Shown: piece after piece, positions 35,170-44,948 of the stretch
How the letters are laid out: the number at the start of each line of letters is the position of its first letter
Numbering within the stretch: position 1 is the stretch's first letter
Source of the DNA: Octopus bimaculoides
Lineage: Eukaryota
Assembly (NCBI RefSeq): GCF_001194135.2
Contig: NC_068985.1
Span: 124,273,563 to 124,318,510 of the forward strand
DNA length: 44,948 nt
Direction: 5' to 3'
The notes under the pieces: generated by a model
Told to the model about the DNA's origin: nothing
Database searches by the model: none
The model's input: only the letters and a program-made list of their open reading frames with translations
Made by a program: the position numbers and the translations under genes

Positions 35170-35740
35170 CAGAGTTGTAGGCTAAGAGATAAACGTCAAT
35201 AAAACTAAAATTATGAAGACCAAACAAGCAGATAGAACCGTATTATTAAAGGAACATACACTAGAAGAACCAAATAGGCTTAGCAATGAAACATTTATAG
35301 AGAGAAATGGGTTTTCAGAAACTGAATTTAATAAAATATCTAAGAGGATAAGCCAAGAGCAGTTATGCCAGGGCAATCAAACTTTAGATAATGGGTTTAG
35401 AATCTTTGAAAATAAAGCAGTTCGAAAAGTCTTGGAGATTAAATGACATGATTTTGAGAGAAATTAAGTGGTTCAAAACATAACGGAAGTACCATATATA
35501 GAAGAACAAATAATGGAGAGAAGTTGACATGGGCCTGAATCCGGCAAATCCCTCATGCAATAAAACGAGTAGCCTAAGATACCAGAAAAAGAGATGAACC
35601 TAGACCTCTAAGAATAATGCAGACCGAAAAAGAAGAGCATGATCAAGTGCAGGAAAAAAAACTACAGATTAGACGAGATTGGCAGGAATACATGGAAGTT
35701 CTTTTTTTTTTTGCCACGTGGAATTGGCGACACGGTAATA
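35170..35740 (+). mobile_element. RTE-clade LINE 3' fragment
   Basis: ORF 35213-35446 KTK...LLKEHTLEE...FRIFENKAVRKVLEIK*HDF.RN (FExxCLRRILxIxWxDxVxN), then IEEQIMERS*HG and RRDWQEYMEVL. Confidence 0.7.
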
Positions 35741-35744
35741 AGAG

Positions 35745-35960
35745 TAACTTTCATTGGTCACTCATTCTGACACAGCCCATTCTTTGCGATTTTATTGTCA
35801 TTGTAACCCACATTATCCTCATTCGAAGGCGTTCCAGTTATGACTATCTCATCGTTTTTCAGAAACACCATATCTTCTTTATTGTTATCGCTCTTGTTTT
35901 ATATAATCCACTCCTGTTCACTGCACTCGTCTTCTACTATAATGTTTCTGTGGCTCTCAG
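35745..35960 (-). mobile_element. Possible RTE endonuclease fragment
   Basis: Minus translation SEQE...KNDEIVITG...DNVGYNDNKIAKNGLCQNE resembles DxxIIMGDxNAKVGxDNxGYExxxGKHGLGxxNENG. Confidence 0.4.
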
Positions 35961-35984
35961 AGCAGTTTTGTTGTAATTCTATTG

Positions 35985-36500
35985 ATGATATTTTATACAG
36001 AATATGGACACTTATTATGAGCGATAGCTTCTGAACTTCACACATGGAGAGTTTTACTCGGCAGTTCTTCGATTTTTCTGATCTGTGTTCCGCTTCACTG
36101 CTTCAAACTCTCTTATAACTTTAGGGACTGTTGTGTCTGTATTCCACATCAGCGATATTGTTATCTCCATGTCTATATATTTAGTTTTAGCCTCGTTTAT
36201 TGATATGTTATTGTCTGCCGGACAAGCTACATCAATAAGTGTACACGACCTACATATCATATCTTTCATAGTCTTACCAGAATGGTTTGCTCTTCTCTCT
36301 TTGAATATATGTTATTTATATATCCCAGTGAATCACATCATTTTCATTCGCCACAACTACTCAGAGATAAATTTATCACAATGATTTCATCTGATAGAAA
36401 CTTCATTTCTTTGCATCTTGTTATTGTTCGAAACGATCAGAGAAAACATGATCAAAAGCGTCCCCGGCTCGAGCATCAGTTTTTATTTTGTCAGACATAG
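35985..36500 (-). mobile_element. R4/Dong-clade LINE 3' fragment (restriction-like endonuclease)
   Basis: ENDVIHWD, CTLIDVACPADNNISINEAKTKYIDMEITISLMWNTDTTVPKVIREFEAV and CEVQKLSL..HIL match the R4/Dong C-terminus (LIDVAxPxDxN..KY..MW..VPVVIGALG..QK..LLGT.HIL). Confidence 0.8.
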
Positions 36501-37440
36501 TATATCTAACACCACATAATCTTCTGTCTCTCTCTTACTTTAAGACGGTAGTTTTTAATTTAAGGAAGAGTTGGCTACCTTATGTTACTGTCCCGACAAT
36601 TTACTATTTTATTTCCTGAGTCATCGTCTTCTCATATTCGCAAGAAAATGGGGTGATACTGCTGAGAAGAGGCTCTTGGTTTTCTAGTCCTCAGCTCCTT
36701 TTACTAAGGCCGAAACCCTTTTTTCTACTACTGTTGAAGCTGCAACTAGTGGTACTCTAGAAACAGCAATTTTTGCACTTTACAGGGTTTTTTTTTTTTG
36801 TTTCTCTATCTCCTCTAAGCACACAAATGGATCATACATCAACTTGTATAACAACTGGGATTTCTATAATGTGCCATTAGTGTAATTGCTTTTTCTTCTA
36901 GTCCTCACAATGAAATACAGCTCTGGAATAGCTTTGTGATTTTCATGGCTCATTTTGACTTGCATGTTCGCACAGAACCCACTCTACCTCATATTGCGTC
37001 TTGTTACCTCTGTGCTCACCAGCTGCTAGTACTCTACCATAAACGGTGCGACAAATGAAGTGGACTCGCCTGGTATTGGTGTTTATATTGACCATCCCAA
37101 TTACTGCGGCAACAGCCTGCGAGAAAATGTCTGGTGCATCACCCCGACATCTCTTCTCACTTCGCTTTCAGTTTAAAGACAAGGCACATTCCCACACGTA
37201 CTGCTCCCGTTGGTGGAACCCACATCGTTCTAGTGATCGACCACAGCTTCTTTTAACTACAGATTTGGAGACATATCGAACCTAAATCCATTTTTCATGT
37301 CATTTTCCTTCCCTCCTCCCCTTGCCTTTTCTTCAATAAAATCCTTGAGGAAGGAAACAAAATATTTTTTGCTATACCTCTCCTAAATTTATTTCCTCTA
37401 TGTGTTATAGAGCAAGGGACTGGGTTTACAAAAATGCACA

Positions 37441-37518
37441 TTCGTGGGCTTGTCATTTTTTCGTGGGCTTGTCACTTTTTCGTGGGCTTGTCATTTTTTC
37501 GTGGACTTGTCAATTTTC
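37441..37518. repeat. 19-bp tandem repeat x4 (TTCGTGGGCTTGTCAYTTT)
   Basis: CGTGG recurs at 37443, 37462, 37481 and 37500. Confidence 0.95.
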
Positions 37519-37853
37519 AAGCTGCAAATCTCTGTTTGCTTGTTTCTATGTGTGTTTAAATTTCATATTATTGTTTCCACGCACTTTTCTTCAGAGCATG
37601 TACACTACTAACTTGATTGTGGTTTGTACATCATACTACAACTCCCAACGAAATCTTGTTAAAAAAAACTAGTAAACGAATATCTACAAATATCAGATGT
37701 CCATAGATAAACTAATTTTTTTCTACCGCATGATAAAAGAGTTGACAAGTCAAGTAATCCAAACCCTTCGATTAATAAAATGATAAACTGGGAAAAAATG
37801 CCTTTTTCATTAAGTACAGAGTTGAAATTCGAAATTTCCACGGCATTTTGTCT

Positions 37854-37855
<2 letters not shown>

Positions 37856-37900
<45 letters not shown>
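37856..37900. repeat. (TAA)n microsatellite
   Basis: Direct reading. Confidence 0.97.
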
Positions 37901-37901
<1 letters not shown>

Positions 37902-38250
37902 TGTAATGAAAAGACATACGAGTAACTACACATGTAATGAAAAGAAATACAAGTAACTGCAGAATTTGTGGAGATGGACAAGAAAAGAATAAATCATATT
38001 GTCTCTGGCTGCCCAGTCCTGGCTAAAAAGGAATATGTTCACAGAGACGACAGAGTTGAGATCTATATACACTGAAAGCTGGTTCAACACTATGGAATAA
38101 CAACAGAAAAAATATGGTATAGACACATGCCAGAAAAGGGTCACAGAAAACGAGAAATCAACCATACCCTGGGATATGCCAATACACATAGATAGAGAAA
38201 TTAAGTCCAATAGGCCAGATGTAGTTGTCAGAGATCATCAAAAAAAAAAA
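37901..38250 (+). mobile_element. R4/Dong-clade LINE fragment (CCHC knuckle to PD motif)
   Basis: CRICGDGQE-INHIVSGCPVLAKKEYVHRDDRV..YIH*KLVQHYGI....WYRHMPE-VTENEKSTIPWDMPIHIDREIKSNRPDVVVRD. The first 31 bp are tandemly duplicated (37901-37931, 37932-37962). Confidence 0.92.
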
Positions 38251-39660
38251 TGTGGCGCAACCTGAGTGAGTGTCTGTGCATCAAAAGCCTAAGCCGGCAG
38301 GCAGCAGATTGACTGCCTGACCATTGGAACGCTTCCTTTCCACAAGAAAATAAACAGGAGACGCTCCAACCTAGTTATCTCTATTATGTACCGCATAAAG
38401 TGGAGGTTATCGTGGATAGACCTGTTAGGCATTGCGTACGTTTGCACTTCCCCGACCAGACTACCGACAAAATGTGCCAACCTTTTCGCTAACGCCTTGG
38501 ATAAAATCTTTAAGTCTGTGTTTAGCAGAGTTATGGGCTGAAAATTCCCTAGCACATTCTCATTGTCGGCTTCCTTTCTCAGCAGCGTAACCAAAGCCCT
38601 GCTAACAACACTGCCAGTTACTGTAGACGTTTGTCAAGGAGCTGCCAAACAAATCTGGCATGAATGCATAGAATTCATAGGGCAGACCATCCAAACCGGG
38701 CGACTTGCTGCTTGTGCAATCATCATTCACCGCCTCCCGTATTTCAGGGGCCGTAATCGGCTTATCACAGAATCTCATGTCCGTTACCGATAGCCGGAAT
38801 AGGCCGTCCAGTAGTAATAGTCCGCGTTGCCTTTACTAATAGCCTCTTCTAGTTTGCTAACTAGTTCTCTCTCCATTCTATTTCGTTCTATTGCTAAATC
38901 TTTGCTAAACGCTATCGATTCTACTCTAATTGCTCTCTTCAGGGCGATCTACCACTAGTTGTTGATGATTGCCCTCGTCAACCGCCGCTTGACTAGGTAG
39001 CTAATCCGATCTCTGTAGCCTTTGCGTGCCGGTTAGAATGCACTGAACTTCCAGTGGCCGAGTCCCTTCTACAGGTCCTATTTAAATCGATTCCACATAT
39101 AACAAATTTGTGATCTGTGTAGCCGATTAATTTAAATTGTGGACAGCCTATGCAATCCCTATCCTCTAACCTAACAAATAATCTATCTAAATACAATCTA
39201 GATAACCCATGTCCACACTGGCACATCACGAAAATCCAGTCGAAACCTATCAGAAAGCTGTAAAGTCCTGAGCAGGTTTTCGAAGCTTCTAAACCCACAC
39301 AGTCCTTCGTACGTCCAAAATACTATTCCAGTCCCCCATTAGTACTAAAGTGCGAAACGTTCCCAATAATGTTTCTAGACACCTGAAGAAATCTGGCCTT
39401 TCGGCCCCTGTTGGGGCATAAATCGCCTCAAGATGAGAATATCTCGTAGTCCTCCAAAATAGATGCTAGAGTGTGCTTTCCGGAAATCTTGTTTCACTAA
39501 TGTCAGCCATATCTAAATCAATCAACCTGGGATCGTTGAACAAGTGACCTAGCTTCCAAGCTGATCCCAGACCACGCAAATTCACACACTCCAATCTCAG
39601 CACAGTCATGCTAATCGGAGAAAGAAAAGAAGTTCCGAGCCTCTCTACTGGCGAAAATTT
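38250..39660 (-). mobile_element. L1/Tx1-clade LINE ORF2 remnant with internal deletion of the RT core
   Basis: Minus-strand motifs: VNLRGL..DISETR, AIYAP..RPDFF..LVLMGDWNSILD, YLDRLFVR..CPQF..GYTDHK, PITAPEI..KSPGLDGLPYEFY, NFQPITLLNTDLKILSKALAKRL..QT..PNRSIHDNL, then directly LLFIFLWKG..GLG..RHSLRLRH. Confidence 0.92.
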
Positions 39661-40716
39661 TTTAAAAGGCCCTTCCAAAAGCCTTTTGTCAACTGATTTT
39701 TTTAAATCCCCGCATTACATGGGAATTTTTCTCGGATTGTTTTATAAAGCTCTGACGACGTTTTAATCAATAACCTGTCCTTCGGAGTTTTTTGAAGATG
39801 AAATTCTCAGATACCTTTCCCTCTGTATTTTGTTTTTGTTTTGATTTACAAAATCCATCAATTCATTGTTGCACTTGTTCACGACAGTGAAATTAATGGA
39901 TAAATTTCGCTTACAGTCTGAAGTATATTCCTGTTTTTGAAGTACCATAATTGGTTGTTTCTGTAATTTCATGCTATTGTTGATGATGTAGCTGTTTTTG
40001 AAGTTGTTCTTGTTTTTGTTGGAATGGGTGTGAATTAGGTTGCAGTTCTGGTTTTTGTGTATCTTTTTGCGGAGTTCTTGGAGTAGGGCTATGTACTCTC
40101 TTCCTCTTTCACCTACCCCCTTTTATCACAGTGATCCATTGTTCGGTCAGCTCTTCTTTCTCCATGTCATTGCTGTTGATGTTGGTTTGGAAGGCAGAGC
40201 TTTCAGAAAAAGCTTGCCTTTCCGTGGCAACCGGGGGTAGACTTCTTTGTCTTGGTTTGAGTGTGGGTGTGGATATAGGAGTCTTAAGCACTTCTTCATG
40301 ATTTTGCGTTTGTTAAGCAATATCTATCAATTAGCATATCAATTAGCAAATGAAATATTATGGTCCTCCAGATCGTTCAGCAAATCAGACTGAAACCTTT
40401 CCAAGATAATCCCACGGTGTCATTTGGTTTGGCTCAGCCACGTTGTGCGTGTGACTTTAACGGAATTCCCCTGAAATCATTCTGGCCAAAATTCATGAAA
40501 CGTAGTTCCTTCTTCCCATCTCAGCTCCTCACAGTGTTCAGGCCCTGCAAAGTGTACTGGGCGTTGACCTTTCTAGATTTCAAATAAACCTGAAAAATTT
40601 CGAGAAATACTTTTTATAAGAATTCCTATGCATCAAATGTTGGCATCTAGCCGATAAACGCTAATTTAGCGTAGGCCCATTGAGGCACACCAACTTCAGT
40701 ATTCTCACCTATTCGC

Positions 40717-41123
40717 TTTACTCTTTTACTCTTTTACTTGTTTCAGTCATTTGACTGCAGCCATGCTGAAGCACCGCCTTTAGTCCAGCAAATCGACCCC
40801 AGGACTTATTCTTTGTAAGCCTAGTACTTATCCTATCGGTCTCTTTTGCCGAACCGCTAAGTTACGGGGACCTAAACACACCACCATCGGTTGTCAAGCG
40901 ATGCTGGGGGGACAAACACAGACACACAAACATATACACACACATACATACATATATGTACGCATATACGATGGGCTTCTTTTCAGTTTCCGTCTACCAA
41001 ATCCACTCACAAGGCTTTGGTCGGCCTGAGGCTATAGTAGAAGACACTTGCCCAAGGTTCCACGCAGTGGGACTGAACCCAGGACCATGTGGTTGGTAAG
41101 CAAGCTACTTGCCACACAGCCAC
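40717..41123 (-). mobile_element. Near full-length tRNA-derived SINE, family E
   Basis: Minus-strand A box TGGCTGTGTGG, B box GGTTCAGTCCC, CTTGGGCAAGTGTCTT block, internal (CA/TA) microsatellite, (AAAAGAGT)n tail. Confidence 0.9.
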
Positions 41124-42172
41124 ATGAAATGTTCTGGAGAGCAGCACTTCCACACTGCTCTCACCTTCCTCTTCAAGTAATAATGGAAGAAGTTGATGAT
41201 GACTTGCAGGAGAAAGAAGCACAGTTTTTTGTGATCTCAATCTTTTCATCATACACTTCATAACTTTGATACGTCTATTCTCCATACTCACCATACGAAA
41301 ACCTCTTACCCTTCCAGGCCAAAAGAATGTGATGAAAAGATGTTGACAATAAACTTAGCCGAAAGCCAAATCTGTCGTCTATGCAACGATAATTGGATAT
41401 ATAAATACTCGTGTCAGCCATGTTCGAACACTATACAAGATTATAGAAACTGCTACGTAGTTATGTATGCATTTCGGATAGACCAAGACATAACCGTGCC
41501 TTTAGTGCAGTGTATTCAAACCATTTTTGTTAGGCCAGTTAATCTAATAGTATCTTTCATGACGAATTGTATCGGTCGCTTTCTGTTTAAAATCATTCTC
41601 AGTATTTATTCAAAGACAGATGAATTTTACTTTGAATTTGTTTCATGTATATTCCCAGTATCCCTGAAAATTAATTTTAGCGCTCCTAGTCAAGAAATAC
41701 TGGTTTAGTATTCACACCACATCTGTGAAAAAAGAACAAGACCAAGCTGCCCCTAATCCCCGGACCCTAAAGTCCTCCGGTATGCGCTTCTCAAACGGTC
41801 GGAATATACCTCAGTTCATTGTCACTCATGTCAGTCACTAATTCCCATTAGAATGCAAGGTAGACATTCCACCTGCCGCATTGTAAACCTCTGGCAATAC
41901 TCCAGATGGCAGGCATCCAACTTTGCTTTATACGTGACCCAAGATTATAACTCTGCTATAGAAACAAACTGCAAAACGATATACCTGATCACACCTGTTC
42001 AGTGTCTATGAGCTTCTATATTCATAGAAGTTGCAGCTTCACCGCCTGACTGGAACAAGGAGAGAGAAGGCAGAATAAATAGTATGCACGATAACATACC
42101 TACTATAATATATTGTGTAGCGCGGACAACTGATTGTAGAGCCATACCCACTTGATATACAACAAAAACTGG

Positions 42173-42210
<38 letters not shown>

Positions 42211-42638
42211 ACGTGTGCGCGTACGAGCGTGTGTATGTGTGTATGTTTGTGAGTTTGTGTATAAAGTAAATTGACGAGATAGACAAATAGCTAGTATATG
42301 CTTCTACATGTATGCATATCTGCATATGCATACAAATGTGTGTGTGTAAATATATATATATATATATATANNNNNNNNNNNNNNNNNNNNNNNNNNNNNN
42401 NNNNNNNNNNNNNNNNNNNNNNNNNNNNNNNNNNNNNNNNNNNNNNNNNNNNNNNNNNNNNNNNNNNNNNNNNNNNNNNNNNNNNNNNNNNNNNNNNNNN
42501 NNNNNNNNNNNNNNNNNNNNNNNNNNNNNNNNNNNNNNNNNNNNNNNNNNNNNNNNNNNNNNNNNNNNNNNNNNNNNNNNNNNNNNNNNNNNNNNNNNNN
42601 NNNNNNNNNNNNNNNNNNNNNNNNNNNNNNNNNNNNNN

Positions 42639-42700
<62 letters not shown>
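42639..42700. repeat. (AGAT)n microsatellite
   Basis: Direct reading. Confidence 0.97.
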
Positions 42701-42701
<1 letters not shown>

Positions 42702-42794
42702 CATACATTCACAAATAGCTACATATATGATACACTAAATCCTAAGAGAATTATATACAAAGACCCAACCTGCTAGCCAACGTGGTAGCTTCTA

Positions 42795-42950
42795 CATGGA
42801 CCGCTTTCCGTTAGAAATAGCAACCACATGTCCGTCAAATAACATCCTACAGTCTGAAAGGTAAAAAGAAAGACACAGTACTTCAAGTAGAAAGAGACGG
42901 GATAGTCACGGCCAGAATTCTCAATCTGGACTAAACAGCAATACCAACAA
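42795..42950 (+). mobile_element. Family D repeat copy
   Basis: GTTAGAAATAGCAACCAC, GACGGGATAGTCACGGCCAGAAT and CTGGACTAAACAGCAATACCAACAA. Confidence 0.6.
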
Positions 42951-43339
42951 GAGCATTGAATTCAGGGAGAGTGAGAAGAAAGAAGCATGACATACATGTC
43001 ATAGATTGACAGAGTATCTGATAGAAGGGCAGGGCGAAGGAAGCTGACCCCTTCGCTTGCCTTGCTTTCTCGATTTCGCTTTTAAACAAACTTTTTTTAT
43101 TCATTTGATATACCTCGTGGCTTATCTACTTGTGTATCGTTCTATTTATTTTGTGGTTTCTTCTACACACCGTAAAAACATGAGCATGAGTATTGAGCTA
43201 GCAAACAGAAGTGCTAACTCATGTATACCGCATTGTTAAAAAAGCAGACTATTCACTACACTATATCTCATACGCACACACAGACACACACACACACATA
43301 CTCACACGTGTTATATATATATATATATATATATATATA

Positions 43340-44325
43340 CTAGCAGTATAGCCCGGCGCTGCTCGGGATTAAGCTAGGATTATTAAGTGATTAAGTGCTT
43401 TATTTCAAACCAAAATAAGTAACATGGACATCAGATTTGAGCGAAATCCGTTGAAATCGGTTTGGCTGAAAATGGTTTGCTAGCAATTTGATTGGGAAAT
43501 CCCATAAGGAATCAGTTTATCGGTTATTTCCACTCATTGACTGTTTTTGTTTTTTTTTAAGTTGCATTAGAGATCTGCATAGGAAAAGGTTGATCTGAAG
43601 GTTTGCATTGGGGATGTGGATTGGAGTAACATAGGAAAACTTACCAATAGCCTTAACCAAAAAATAAGGGGCCTGTCCCTTTTAGGTTAACTCTAACCCT
43701 AACCCTAAACTCTAACCCTAACTCTGACCCTAAAACCGTAACCCTAACACCAACCTTAATCGTAATCCTAACACTAACCTTAACCCTAACCCTAATCCTA
43801 ACCCTAAAACCCTAACTGTAACACCCTAGTGGAAATCGTGCGGGTGTTAATCTGAAAAATTACCAAACCCTTTTTGTGGTCCGAAAAAATGGGTTAGGGT
43901 GACTGACAAATTGTTACATACGTTTTTGTTTCATAGTTGTGAAATATAAACAAAACTCTTTCGCTCCCAAAGTAGTATATGTGCGTGTGTGTGAAAGTGA
44001 GAGGGGGGGGGACAAAAATGAACGATTTAAAACAAATAAATGATTTAAAATAAATACACTTGAATTGTTGTGTGAGAAAGTATATATAATCTCATCATAA
44101 AATATAGTGTCTTTCAAAAACATCGTATATTTTAAACTATATCTCATGTTTAAGAAAAAAAATGCATTTTACATTTTACACTTACTTTGTCTTCCTTACC
44201 TACATTTTCTTTCGTAATACGCTTTGCTTCCCTATTCCACTTTTTCGTTCTTTTTTTTTTTATACGCTAGAAAACACTGTATCTCCCCCTGTCACAAACA
44301 CACTATTTCTTTCTTTCTTTCTCTC

Positions 44326-44359
<34 letters not shown>

Positions 44360-44610
44360 CCTCTCTCTCCTTCACGCGCGTACGCACAGATTTGACTTCA
44401 CCATGTCAACAAACTTCAAAATTGGTAAAAGTTTGTCAATTTTTACAGCTATACGCGGGTGCATCTGAGAGAAAAACTTGGCGAAAATGCAGATAAGGTC
44501 ATGACACATCTCCTCCTAAAATTGGAGCGGCATGCGTGCTAATTTGTGGACGTGCATAAACTACATTTACGTACACACACACACACGCATCCTCTCTTTT
44601 ATATATATAC
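43340..44610 (-). mobile_element. Non-autonomous Helitron-type element (3' end clear, 5' boundary tentative)
   Basis: Minus strand ends with GC-rich hairpin CCCG-AGCAGCGC-CGGG (43352-43367), 8 nt, CTAG (43340-43343), then T within a (TA)n tract. The 5' end is guessed at the (TA)-rich block near 44600; no intact TC terminus is seen. Confidence 0.55.
43688..43828 (+). repeat. Degenerate telomere-like (CCCTAA)n array, interstitial
   Basis: About 23 hexamer-like units: CCCTAA mixed with CTCTAA, CCTTAA, CACTAA, TCCTAA and CCGTAA. Confidence 0.85.
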
Positions 44611-44948
44611 ATATATATATATATGTGTGCCATAAATATCGCCATCCGTTTAGAGAAAAATTTGTAGTTTAGAATCAGTAGTTCTTTGACTGCTATTTCT
44701 AAATTTTCAGTATGTTGGAGAAGCAACTCAATGCTAATCCCTGTATATTTATGATGATAAATGGTTTTACCGATAAAGGTTTTTTCATACTGAACTACTT
44801 GGCAAAATTGTTAATTATTAATTCTATTATTAATTGACGATTCCCTGCCCTTATTCTTGTATATTTTATATTTGATATCTCTAAGTTAGATGGTTAAACC
44901 GTAATCCCTCCACACGGGACTTCTTTTCATACGGGACTATTTGTGACG

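Noticed and set aside
37046-37285. 79-aa ORF as a secreted peptide or LINE C-terminus
   Set aside because: Hydrophobic start and an R-W-W-N motif are weak and expected by chance.
39763-40291. ORF1 of the Tx1-like element
   Set aside because: Position and strand fit and the translation is basic and Pro/Thr-rich, but it has stops and no motif I can name; needs tBLASTn.
41780-42070. LINE C-terminal remnant (EYxSV...WN-like)
   Set aside because: Similarity too faint to support by eye.
43688-43828. True chromosome end
   Set aside because: Short, degenerate, with over 1 kb of non-telomeric sequence on both sides.

Overview
A 44.9-kb eukaryotic, repeat-saturated window with no supportable intact protein-coding gene; it reads as intergenic or intronic DNA from a gapped short-read assembly (nine N-runs, all abutting microsatellites). 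The repeat families and microsatellite density resemble, from recall, a coleoid cephalopod (octopus-like) genome; this is inference. Contents: about 25 tRNA-derived SINE or SINE-like copies in five families, decayed LINEs of four clades (CR1/L2-like, RTE, R4/Dong, L1/Tx1), two Helitron-type 3' ends (one followed by a degenerate (CCCTAA)n array), a 270-bp foldback element, and many micro/minisatellites. The most unusual structure is at 30675-31916: a ~305-bp unit in direct and inverted tandem copies. Three copies carry a 72-nt tRNA-like cloverleaf with A box, B box and oligo-T terminator but a non-standard anticodon arm; one is split by a SINE with a 10-bp target-site duplication. All alignments and translations were done by eye.
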